Shown: piece after piece, positions 17,195-25,337 of the stretch
Numbering within the stretch: the stretch's first letter is position 1
How the letters are laid out: each line of letters opens with the position of its first letter
From: Candidatus Campbellbacteria bacterium
GTDB taxonomy: Bacteria > Patescibacteriota > Minisyncoccia > UBA9983
Length of the DNA: 25,842 nucleotides
Direction of reading: 5' to 3'
NCBI GenBank assembly: GCA_003231675.1
Contig: QIJB01000101.1
Span: 1 to 25,842 of the forward strand
Program-made: the position numbers and the translations under genes
The notes under the pieces: generated by a model
What the model saw: the letters and a program-made list of their open reading frames with translations, nothing else
What the model was told of the DNA's origin: nothing
The model's database searches: none

Positions 17195-18199
17195 TCATTT
17201 CAAGAATTTAAATGAAGCGAGAATTCGGTTGAAGGTGTCCTCGTATTTTTTTTCTGTGCCTAAAATCATCCAATACTTTCCGAATTGGAAATCTATACTA
17301 ATCTGTGTAGCATTTTCAAACTCATACTCATATTTTACAGCTTTGGTATTCGCAATATTTATGATTGATGTCCTCGTATTCAATTCTTTGAATTTGCTAA
17401 CGGATCTACTAGCGAAGTCCGGCGTTACAATATTTAAAAGAAAAGGAGGAGAAATTGGATTAGGATAACCATTCTCTTCAGGTGAGCTACCAATCAAATT
17501 AAATTTACTAAATGGACCATAAAAAGTATTTTCATAAAAGAGCCAGTTTTTGGGGTACTTAAATTCAAAGTTAAATTCTATATTATGATAAGTTTTAGAA
17601 GTTATAGTTTTTTGAACAGCAGGTGGCTGCTTATTATAAAACTTAAATGTAAAGATTATTTGATTAAAAATATTTTCGTATTTTTTCTCTGAATCCAAAA
17701 TTAATTTGTACTGACCAAGTGGCAACACTATTGCAACCCTAGATTGTTTATTGAATTTATATTCATATTTTAACCCGGCAACACCATTAACCCTTATTTC
17801 TGACGCGGGATTTTTAACTTCATAAAATAATTTTGTCAAACGTTCAGCACGACTCGCTGTTATAATATTCAGCATAAATGGCGGAGAAAAACTATAAATT
17901 AAATGTTTTTGTTGTGATGGAATACCTGTTAAATAAAACTTACGCACTTTTCCATTGATGAAAGTTTCATCTATAGACCAATCTTTCGGATACTTAAATT
18001 CAAAACCCCACTTCTCATTACGGTAGATTTTAACTTCCGGTGTAGTGGTGGCTTGAATGGACAACAAAGAAGTTTTACTTGAAGTATCAGGGGTTTCTTT
18101 TTTGTTTTTTTGCGCAGTAAGGTAATACAAGCTAACACCCAGAAAAATAGTGGTAAAAGCAAGAGTTAAAACGACTATTATTGTATTTTTACTTATCAT
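17195..18199 (-). CDS. Membrane-anchored protein with two tandem PsbP-like domains
   Basis: Probable start MISKNTIIVV at 18199. The two ~133-aa domains begin YRNEKWGFEFKYPKDW and YHNIEFNFEFKYPKNW, and end FNQIIFTFKF and FNRILASFKF. Confidence 0.7.
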   Translation of the reverse strand: MISKNTIIVVLTLAFTTIFLGVSLYYLTAQKNKKETPDTSSKTSLLSIQATTTPEVKIYRNEKWGFEFKYPKDWSIDETFINGKVRKFYLTGIPSQQKHLIYSFSPPFMLNIITASRAERLTKLFYEVKNPASEIRVNGVAGLKYEYKFNKQSRVAIVLPLGQYKLILDSEKKYENIFNQIIFTFKFYNKQPPAVQKTITSKTYHNIEFNFEFKYPKNWLFYENTFYGPFSKFNLIGSSPEENGYPNPISPPFLLNIVTPDFASRSVSKFKELNTRTSIINIANTKAVKYEYEFENATQISIDFQFGKYWMILGTEKKYEDTFNRILASFKFLK

Positions 18200-18992
18200 G
18201 TCTATAGTGTTTATGATTGAGAATGACCCGTAATATATGCTTTCCTTCAATTTTTGTGCCATCAAAAAGTTGGGCGGTAAATAAAAGCGGCACTTCTCCA
18301 TCGGTAGAGATATTGGCTAAATCCCTAATGTTAAATTTTGCAATTAATGTCGGGGTATTATTATCACTCTTGTATTCATTCTTTTTTTTATGATTTCCCG
18401 TTTTTTGTTTTTTATTCTTTTCTTTAATTTTAGATAAACCAGTTTCAATAAATGTCTTTATCGGATGAGCGTCAGCAAGCATAATTGTAGCAGGATCAAT
18501 GTCGTTTATAGTAACACCAAATCCCAGATCTATTTGCAAGAAAACGGTAAGAACTCCCTCAACCCCGGCGCTTCCTTCCGACATATAAATTCCGGTGTCG
18601 CTGTTTCCTGAGATAACATTTCCGGAAATAATATTTCTGTCTGAGTCTTCAATATCAATGCCTATGAAAGAACTTGATATGCGAAGATTTTTTACGGTAA
18701 CCCCGGTCCGCCACCTGAGCGAAACCACGCTACCAAATTCGCTTCCAATAATGGAACGTCCGTTTCCGTCAAGCGTGATATTATCGCTTTCTATCAAAAA
18801 ACCGCCGTCCACGTCGGCAGTCAAAAGGCATGTTTTTGTTGAATTATTCCAAACACCGACGGAAAGACAATCTCCGCCAGTTGCGTTGTCGGATATTGAA
18901 AATGTTTGCGCGGAAGCAAAGAAAGGAAAAACGGCAAGTGTCGCCGTAATCGCCGAAAGATAAAGGAATCGGATTATTCTTCTATTATTCAT
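18189..18992 (-). CDS. Secreted protein: short NosD-like parallel beta-helix fused to an unrelated C-terminal beta domain
   Basis: Signal peptide ending FASA, DNATGGDC...WNNSTKTC, NITLDGNG, NIISGNVISGNSDTGIY, then DIDPATI...LIAKFN...GTKIEG; probable start MNNRR at 18992. Confidence 0.65.
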   Translation of the reverse strand: MNNRRIIRFLYLSAITATLAVFPFFASAQTFSISDNATGGDCLSVGVWNNSTKTCLLTADVDGGFLIESDNITLDGNGRSIIGSEFGSVVSLRWRTGVTVKNLRISSSFIGIDIEDSDRNIISGNVISGNSDTGIYMSEGSAGVEGVLTVFLQIDLGFGVTINDIDPATIMLADAHPIKTFIETGLSKIKEKNKKQKTGNHKKKNEYKSDNNTPTLIAKFNIRDLANISTDGEVPLLFTAQLFDGTKIEGKHILRVILNHKHYRHDK

Positions 18993-19166
18993 TAAAAGTA
19001 TCGCGCTTGCCGTCAACCGGCAAATTTACCTTTATTATACATCCCGCGAAAAACAAACCCAACCGTTCCGGCCTGGATTGGCTTGTTAACCTTTACTTTT
19101 TCGCCAAATATGGCATCATCTAAACAGATTAAGGAACTTAATAAAATAAAAAGGAGGTGATTTGCT

Positions 19167-20150
19167 CTGGAAAATATTCTGAGGATAAGCGCCCAAACAC
19201 TTGGGCAAATGGGTTTTCTTTGGAAAATCCTCGCTTTCTCTCTTCTGGGGCTAATCGCCTCGGAAATAATTTTCAAGGGATTCCCCGGTTTTGTGAAAAT
19301 TGCCGGACGCCCGCTAAGAGGATTGACGAGAATATGCGGACTGCCGGAAGAGGTTGGGTCACTCTTATTATCTTCCCTGTTCACATCTACCATGGTAACC
19401 AACACGGTTTTGGTCGCGCGAAGAGGGGGGGGAAAATTGAGCGAACGGCAGATGGTGACGGCCGCCATTCTCAACTCCGTTCCGGCGTATGTGAGAAGAA
19501 TCATAGTTTTTCTGATGCCGGTGTTCGTCCCTCTGTTTGGATGGGTATTCTTCCTTGGAGTGGTTTTTTGCCACCTACTTGTCATGGCCGCGAAAATAAC
19601 CTTTTGTGTTTTTTACGGGAGAGGCGAAAGAAAAATGTTCGCGCCCACAACAAAGAGCGAAGAAGATATTTCGTTGCCTCCGAAGATTTCTCTGAGAGGC
19701 TTGCCGAGACTTCTCAGAAAACCATTGAGAATGTTTTTTAAGATATCTTTGAGTTTGGTGGCCGCGACCTTCCTCGTTCTGTTTTTTATAAACGCGGGGT
19801 TGCTGGGGAAAATCGCCGTTCCCGTCCTTTATCCACTCTTGAAACTCGTCGGGCTTTCGCAATCGCTGTCTTCCGCCTTGATAGTTTTCTCGGCGGGAAA
19901 TATAATTGTGGGAGCGGGAGTTTTTCAAACACTGCTCGCTAACGGGACGCTGGCTATTCGCGAGGTTTTTGTCGGGGTGGTTTTCGGGATGTTAATCAGC
20001 CAGCCCGCCATCGTATTGAGGCATGTCCTTCCTAATCACCTCGCGGTGTTTGGAAGAAAAGCGACCTCAAAGATAATCGGCTATTCTCTCATTATTGTTA
20101 TTTTGGTGAGAGCGATAACCTTTTATCTTTTCAAAATCATTTTGCTTTAA
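19167..20150 (+). CDS. Nucleoside-recognition (Gate) domain-like membrane protein
   Basis: 313-aa multi-TM ORF from ATG 19209 with GLPEEVG...KLSERQ...NSVP and an internal two-half repeat. An in-frame CTG at 19167 lies 6 nt after AAGGAGGTGA. Confidence 0.6.
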   Translation: MENILRISAQTLGQMGFLWKILAFSLLGLIASEIIFKGFPGFVKIAGRPLRGLTRICGLPEEVGSLLLSSLFTSTMVTNTVLVARRGGGKLSERQMVTAAILNSVPAYVRRIIVFLMPVFVPLFGWVFFLGVVFCHLLVMAAKITFCVFYGRGERKMFAPTTKSEEDISLPPKISLRGLPRLLRKPLRMFFKISLSLVAATFLVLFFINAGLLGKIAVPVLYPLLKLVGLSQSLSSALIVFSAGNIIVGAGVFQTLLANGTLAIREVFVGVVFGMLISQPAIVLRHVLPNHLAVFGRKATSKIIGYSLIIVILVRAITFYLFKIILL

Positions 20151-20190
20151 AACCCCTTTCGCCGAAATCGGCAAAAGGGGTTTGTTTTTA
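20150..20190. terminator. Hairpin terminator between convergent genes
   Basis: aaacccctttcgccg-aaat-cggcaaaaggggttt: 14 pairs with one mismatch, followed by a T-rich tract on + and flanked by an A-run on the other side. Confidence 0.75.
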
Positions 20191-20228
20191 TCCCGGTGTT
20201 TTTTCCTTTTAAGAATGGCAGGGGAAAA

Positions 20229-20852
20229 TTACTCCAGAAGACCGTCCAGATTTACATCATACAATATTCTTTCCTGCGCCAATTTGTAATTCACTATCTC
20301 TTCCGGTTTGAACCAATGATTGATTTCATTCTCAGCCTCCCCCGTTGAACCGGACGCGTGAATCAAATTTCTTACCGCCCTGCCATCGGCGTCCGCCATT
20401 TGATAAGAGTCCAAAACAAAATCTCCGCGGATGGTTCCGACATCTGACGAAAGGGGCTCGGTCCCACCCACCAGTTTCCTGACTATTTTGACGGCGTGAG
20501 CGCCTTCCCAAACCATCGCCACAAGCGGACCTTTGACCATATAATTTTTCAAGTTTTTCAAAATCGCTTCCGTAATCTCAAACGGATCTTCGGATGGAGG
20601 CTTCAGTCCTTTTTTCTTGTAGCTTTCAATCGTTTTTTCCCCGGTAATTCTTCTCCACTCCGGATCAAGAGTGTAGTGCTTCTCTATCTGTTCCTCGGTG
20701 GCGACCATCATTTTTACCGCCGCCAATTTCAGACCGATCCTCTCAAAGCGCTTCGTAATTTCTCCAATCATTGACCTCTGAACGCCATCCGGTTTGATAA
20801 TGACCAATGTTCTCTCTTTTTTGGGATGAATTTTATTTTCCATAGTTTCCAT
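20229..20852 (-). CDS. ndk: Nucleoside diphosphate kinase, long form with an internal insertion
   Basis: ERTLVIIKPDGVQR, GTIRGDF and the catalytic NLIHASG; start at 20852 or 20843. Confidence 0.95.
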   Translation of the reverse strand: METMENKIHPKKERTLVIIKPDGVQRSMIGEITKRFERIGLKLAAVKMMVATEEQIEKHYTLDPEWRRITGEKTIESYKKKGLKPPSEDPFEITEAILKNLKNYMVKGPLVAMVWEGAHAVKIVRKLVGGTEPLSSDVGTIRGDFVLDSYQMADADGRAVRNLIHASGSTGEAENEINHWFKPEEIVNYKLAQERILYDVNLDGLLE

Positions 20853-20897
20853 TTTACGAAAAACGGCGGTAATTTGCAAATTTAAACGCAAAAATGC

Positions 20898-21764
20898 CTA
20901 TTTATCCACTTTTATTTCTTCGCCATCGCTTTTCATCCTTATGGTTCCAAGGTTAATTGTGCTCAAAATGGAAATTTCAAATTTGTTCAGCAAATCAATC
21001 GTTTCTTTGTGCGGATGTCCGTAACGGTTGCCCGCGCCGGCAGAAATTATCGCGTATTCGGGAGAAACGGCGCTGAGAAAAATATCCGAGGTGGATGTCC
21101 TGGAACCGTGATGCCCTACTTTCAAAACATCGCTTTTGAGTCCGCCTGCCGGCGGACCTCCGAGAGAAACAAGATATTTCTCCATTTTTTTAGGAGAGTC
21201 TCCTGTGAGCATAAAGGAGGTGTTTCCGTAAACGAGTTTGGCGACAATGGAGGCGGTGTTCGTGTCCACGCCTGAAACATCGCGGTCTGGAAGAAGAATA
21301 TCAATACGCGCTCCGTCTCCCATATTTATTCTCATTCCCCTCCTCGCCAAAATTTTCGGAATTTTTTTCTCGGCGATAACTTTATTCAGCTCCCTGTAAA
21401 CGGCTGAATTTGATCTCGCGCCCGGCTCCATTGCCAAGCCGATGTCATACCTTCTCGCCACTTCAACAAATCCTGCAATATGGTCTTTGTCCGGATGTGA
21501 TTCAATTATCATATCAATGGAATGGTCATAAAACGGCATTATTTTTGAAAGCTCCCGCAAAACGGCGTTGTTCGGGCCGGCGTCCAGCAAAATTTGATTC
21601 CCGTTCGGCGCTTCAATAAAAATGGCGTCGCCCTGCCCGATATCCAAAAAGGCGACCGACAACCCATCCCGCGTTTCCGCGTAAACGGCGTACCAAACGA
21701 ACACGGTCAGCAAAAACATCGCCCCGAGAAACCAATATTTAAAATTTTTCATTGAAATCCTCAT
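20898..21764 (-). CDS. ComEC/Rec2-type metallo-beta-lactamase domain protein (stand-alone C-terminal part of ComEC)
   Basis: FLDIGQGDAIFI, SHPDKDHIAG, LTGD, KVGHHGSRTS, NRYGHPH; one N-terminal TM. Confidence 0.92.
   Translation of the reverse strand: MRISMKNFKYWFLGAMFLLTVFVWYAVYAETRDGLSVAFLDIGQGDAIFIEAPNGNQILLDAGPNNAVLRELSKIMPFYDHSIDMIIESHPDKDHIAGFVEVARRYDIGLAMEPGARSNSAVYRELNKVIAEKKIPKILARRGMRINMGDGARIDILLPDRDVSGVDTNTASIVAKLVYGNTSFMLTGDSPKKMEKYLVSLGGPPAGGLKSDVLKVGHHGSRTSTSDIFLSAVSPEYAIISAGAGNRYGHPHKETIDLLNKFEISILSTINLGTIRMKSDGEEIKVDK
21140..21157. repeat. 18-nt GC hairpin inside the MBL reading frame (encodes GPPAGG)
   Basis: gtccgcc-tgcc-ggcggac, a perfect 7-bp stem. Confidence 0.6.
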
Positions 21765-21767
21765 TTG

Positions 21768-21776
21768 TGCTACAAT
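21768..21776 (+). promoter_or_regulatory. Extended -10 promoter (TGC-TACAAT) for dfx
   Basis: tgtgctacaat lies ~55 nt upstream of ATG 21830. Confidence 0.5.
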
Positions 21777-21829
21777 TCTAACATAAACAAAAGGTCTCTT
21801 AATAAATTAATTATTGAATAAAAAATATT

Positions 21830-22216
21830 ATGGCAAATGTAAAAGAAAAAAATGAAGTTTTTAAGTGCAATATCTGCGGGAATATCGTTGAGGTTTTACA
21901 TGTCGGCGGTGTTGAACTTTTTTGTTGCGGACAGCCAATGGAAAAGTTCTCGGAACAAAGCGACGGAGAAGAGGGCTCCGAAAAACATATTCCCATGATG
22001 CAAAAAAGTGAAGCGGGAATTAAAGTTAAAGTCGGCGCGACCGCTCATCCGATGGAAGAAAGGCACTATATTGAATGGATAGAAATCATCTCCGACGGAA
22101 AAGTTTGCAAAAAATTTCTTAACCCCGGCGAGGCGCCGGAAGCCGATTTCGCGATTTCATCTGAAAATATCGTCGCGCGCGCGTACTGCAACGTTCATGG
22201 TCTGTGGAAATCATAG
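21830..22216 (+). CDS. dfx: Desulfoferrodoxin (2Fe superoxide reductase)
   Basis: Centre I CNIC-x15-CC; centre II EKH, HPM, HYI, CNVH. Confidence 0.96.
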   Translation: MANVKEKNEVFKCNICGNIVEVLHVGGVELFCCGQPMEKFSEQSDGEEGSEKHIPMMQKSEAGIKVKVGATAHPMEERHYIEWIEIISDGKVCKKFLNPGEAPEADFAISSENIVARAYCNVHGLWKS

Positions 22217-22327
22217 ATTCATTTTTCTCTTGTTCTCTTGGCGCGCATAGGGATATCGGCTTTGTTGTCTTTACCCTTTTTATAACCCCTGTATTTTAAT
22301 ACGAAGTGTTGCATTTAATGGTTGAGC

Positions 22328-23811
22328 CTATGCAACCTGATTTTTTCTTGTGTTTCGCCTGTTTAATTTGTAAATCAAGAAGCCGTAAAGAATATACACC
22401 GCCAGCGTAAGCCAGAGGGGAAAGTTGGAAACATTAAACGACGCGAACGGAAGTTTGGCGAATGTTTCCACCACTCCGAGTTCGTAACGCAGGAAGGCGA
22501 AACTTATCCAGCCGAGGGGAACACTCAGAAGGGCGGAAAACATTCCAACGGCTCCGGTGATAAATCCGAAAAGCATCGTTGCCGGGACAAAAATCAAAAC
22601 CAAAAGATTGACAGGGACGCTCACGACGGAAAACATCCCCATTTTATAAAGAAGCAAAGGGAGGACAAAAATCTGCGTCGCCAGCGTGGCGGAAAAAATC
22701 TCGCGAAATTGAAATTTCTTCGGTATGAAATGGAGTTTTTCTTCAATTCGCGGAGCGAGAAAAATGATGGCGAAGGTCGCCAAAAATGAAAGCTGAAACC
22801 CCGCGTCAAAACGCAGAATTTTCGGGTTGTGCAAAACCATAAAAAATCCCGTGAGAAAAAGCGCCCAGGTTATTTCGTAAACCCTCCCCGTCGTTCTCGC
22901 TAAAACGACCAGCAATGACATCAGCGAGGCGCGAACCACCGTGGCGGAGGCGCCGGTCATTACGGCGAATAAAATAATGCCCAAAACCCCCAAACTTGTC
23001 GCGAAAACTGTCGGCAAAAAAGACACGGCTCGCATAACCGTGTCCGCCACGAGAGAAATGTTGTAGCCGGAAAGGACGACGATGTGAATAATCCCCGTTT
23101 TTCTGAAATCTTCCAAAAGGTTTTTCCCAATCGCCCGCTTGGCGCCGACAGTGAGCCCGCCCATAAAAGCGGCGTACGGCTCGGGGATAACCTTGGACAG
23201 GGCGGAGAGGTATTTCGCTTTCAAGGCGAACATTTGACGTTTCACCCAGCTTCCTTTTCCGCGCGCGACAAGATTTATTTTCGGATAAAGCATCTCGTAA
23301 TAGATGTCGTCTTTCGCGAGATAACCCGCCCAATCAAAATCGCCACTGAAATTCTCCGGTTTTTTCAGTTTCCCAGATACGCTCAGTTCATCTCCGTATT
23401 CAAACTCCGGGTAATGTTGAGCGTAAACGAGAATTTTCACATTGTCCGTTTCCACTATCAGGCGGGTATTTTTCTCCCGTTCGTCCGGTTCATCAACCAC
23501 AATCCCCGACAACTCCGTCTTTCCCCCAGAGGCGATAGTTGATTCAAACCGGCTCAAATTCGGAGGGGTGTCTTTGATTTCATAGCGCGCCATCCCAAAA
23601 CCGGTGGCGATTAAAAAAATCGCGAATGAAGCCATCAGCTTTCGGGCTCCAACTTTCCCGATGGACAAATCGGTCTGCCTATCGGTTATCAGCGAAACGA
23701 CAAATAAAACACAAAAAATCCCGCGAACGCCCAGCCAAGATTCAAAAAAGAGCGGAGTAGAACTCCGCCGATAAAACCCGCCAATAAAATCGCCATCCGC
23801 TTTTGACTCAT
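22328..23811 (-). CDS. comEC: ComEC/Rec2 competence channel (DUF4131 + Competence domains), with a 1-nt deletion frameshift at ~23706-23718
   Basis: TGIIHIVVLSGYNI, SVVRASLM, GFQLSFLAT. An upstream hydrophobic frame from ATG 23811 (MSQKRMAILLAGFIGG) joins the 446-aa ORF if one T is added to a T4 or T6 run, giving 494 aa. Confidence 0.9.
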
Positions 23812-23821
23812 ATTTTAAAAA

Positions 23822-24271
23822 TCAAAACATAGCTTTTGTTTCTTTCGCATTCATTGCCTCGTTTGCCAGCCGGTCCGCCTCTTTATTCTTTTCGCGCGGA
23901 ATTTCGGTGAATGAAATTTTTCCGAGCTCCATTCTCAAATTCCATATTTTTATGAACAATGGAAAAAGTTTTTCCTCTTGAATCTTGTATTTTCCTCCAA
24001 GCTGGCGCGCCACGAGCTGGCTGTCCATCCTTATCTCAATTTCCATTTTTTTCGCTTTCTCTTTCCCGAACAGATGTTTTACTTTTTGCAAGGCAAAAAT
24101 GACGGCCTCGTATTCCGCCTCGTTGTTGGTCCGCGTTCCGATGTCTTTTGAGTATTCCTTTATGACGGAACCTTTTCCATCCGCGATGACAACGCCAACC
24201 CCCGCCAGCCCCGGATTCCCCCTTGACCCGCCATCCGTATAAATGATTATTTTTTTGATTTCTTTCGCCAT
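23822..24271 (-). CDS. rnhA: Ribonuclease HI family protein
   Basis: YTDGGSRGNPG, TNNEAEY, DSQLV, IPREKNKEADRLAN. Confidence 0.93.
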   Translation of the reverse strand: MAKEIKKIIIYTDGGSRGNPGLAGVGVVIADGKGSVIKEYSKDIGTRTNNEAEYEAVIFALQKVKHLFGKEKAKKMEIEIRMDSQLVARQLGGKYKIQEEKLFPLFIKIWNLRMELGKISFTEIPREKNKEADRLANEAMNAKETKAMF

Positions 24272-24315
24272 TTTTTTATTTCGCCGTTTCTTGATTATAT
24301 ACTATCATATTGATT

Positions 24316-24738
24316 ATGAAACTGCCCAAGGTCAAACGCGCGCTTGATAAGGTTTTCAAAAAAGCGGAGTCCCCGAACTCGGCGGAGTTGAACGGAGAAT
24401 ATTTTGTTGATATGCTTACAGGGATTCCAAGCTTAAAAAGACTCAACCACCGCAAGATTTTTCGCCGAAAAAACGGACAAACAATCGGCTGTAACATTAT
24501 ATTAAAAAATAAAAGATGGGGGCGCTTCTTTCTTGAACAAACCGTCGGCGCGTCCGAACGGTCGGAACTAATAATAAATTACGATGTGCCGAAAAATTTA
24601 TTCATTTCAAAAAGAATACGCGATGAAGTGAGGCAAGTGGGGAACGGGCTGTATCTTGGTCGCTTCAATTACATACTTTTCGGAAAGCCACGTTTCCTCG
24701 GCTATTTCTCGCTTGAAAAGAAAGGCCCCGACAAGTGA
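24316..24738 (+). CDS. Conserved-looking hypothetical protein, basic, ~140 aa
   Basis: Clean ORF with ELNGEY, INYD and IRDEVRQVGNGLYLGR; TATCAT-N7-ATG start at 24316. Confidence 0.6.
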   Translation: MKLPKVKRALDKVFKKAESPNSAELNGEYFVDMLTGIPSLKRLNHRKIFRRKNGQTIGCNIILKNKRWGRFFLEQTVGASERSELIINYDVPKNLFISKRIRDEVRQVGNGLYLGRFNYILFGKPRFLGYFSLEKKGPDK

Positions 24739-24764
24739 TTGCCAGGGCCCTTGGAGTGTTTTGC

Positions 24765-25217
24765 TTAACCTTCTTTATACTTTTTATCAAAGTCTATTTC
24801 CACGTCTATTTCCACAACTTTTATGTTATATACATCCGTTTTAAGTCTTACTTCAACTATTTTTTTTTCATCGTGATAACTTGCATAATAACTACCACAA
24901 TGATAATAATCTGTATTAAGAGCATAAAACCTCGTTTCCTTTCCCTTTATCGTTCCCGTGTTTCTCTTGTAAAACACAAGGAAGAATCTTATTGCATATG
25001 GCCCTATATGCCTCCTTGAAAGCGTTTCGGAGATCAAAAAGACCTCCTCCTCGCTACATTGAACCAACGGGATAGGTTTATCTTTTGGGCTTGGGAAGGA
25101 TGATACGAAAAAACTTTTCCCAGAATCACCCAAGGGCTCAGTGAAATCATACCCTTGGCCGTCCATCTCAAAACTAAAATTGCTTGCTAAAAATTTTGAT
25201 ATCATATTTTTTGTCAT
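24765..25217 (-). CDS. Hypothetical protein, low GC
   Basis: 150-aa ORF with an AAGGAGG SD and a consensus promoter upstream. Confidence 0.65.
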   Translation of the reverse strand: MTKNMISKFLASNFSFEMDGQGYDFTEPLGDSGKSFFVSSFPSPKDKPIPLVQCSEEEVFLISETLSRRHIGPYAIRFFLVFYKRNTGTIKGKETRFYALNTDYYHCGSYYASYHDEKKIVEVRLKTDVYNIKVVEIDVEIDFDKKYKEG

Positions 25218-25277
25218 ATTTCTTCTCCCTCCTTATTTTGTTTTCAAGGTGCAAGGCACTTTTTTCACTCTATTCAG

Positions 25278-25305
25278 ATTATATCACTTTAACGCCATTT
25301 GTCAA
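25278..25305 (-). promoter_or_regulatory. Consensus sigma70 promoter TTGACA-N16-TATAAT with extended -10 TG
   Basis: Minus strand reads TTGACAAATGGCGTTAAAGTGATATAAT. Confidence 0.8.
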
Positions 25306-25337
25306 GAGTATTAAATTGGCTTATTTAGAGCCACAAA

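Noticed and set aside
19046-19114. Imperfect long hairpin (gcgaaaaa...tttttcgc) in the divergent intergenic region
   Set aside because: The outer 8 bp are mostly A/T, the inner pairing is patchy, and no riboswitch motif was recognised.
19013-19741. ORFs 19013-19585 (-) and 19157-19741 (+)
   Set aside because: They overlap the better-supported membrane-protein gene and have an unnatural composition.
21801-21815. AATAAAT-T-AATTATT upstream of dfx as a PerR/Fur-like box
   Set aside because: Poor match to those consensus boxes in a very AT-rich stretch.
23655-23690. ACCGATAGGCAGACCGATTTGTCCATCGG in the comEC 5' region as a decayed hairpin repeat
   Set aside because: Only 5-6 nt matches; cannot be separated from chance without a genome-wide repeat model.
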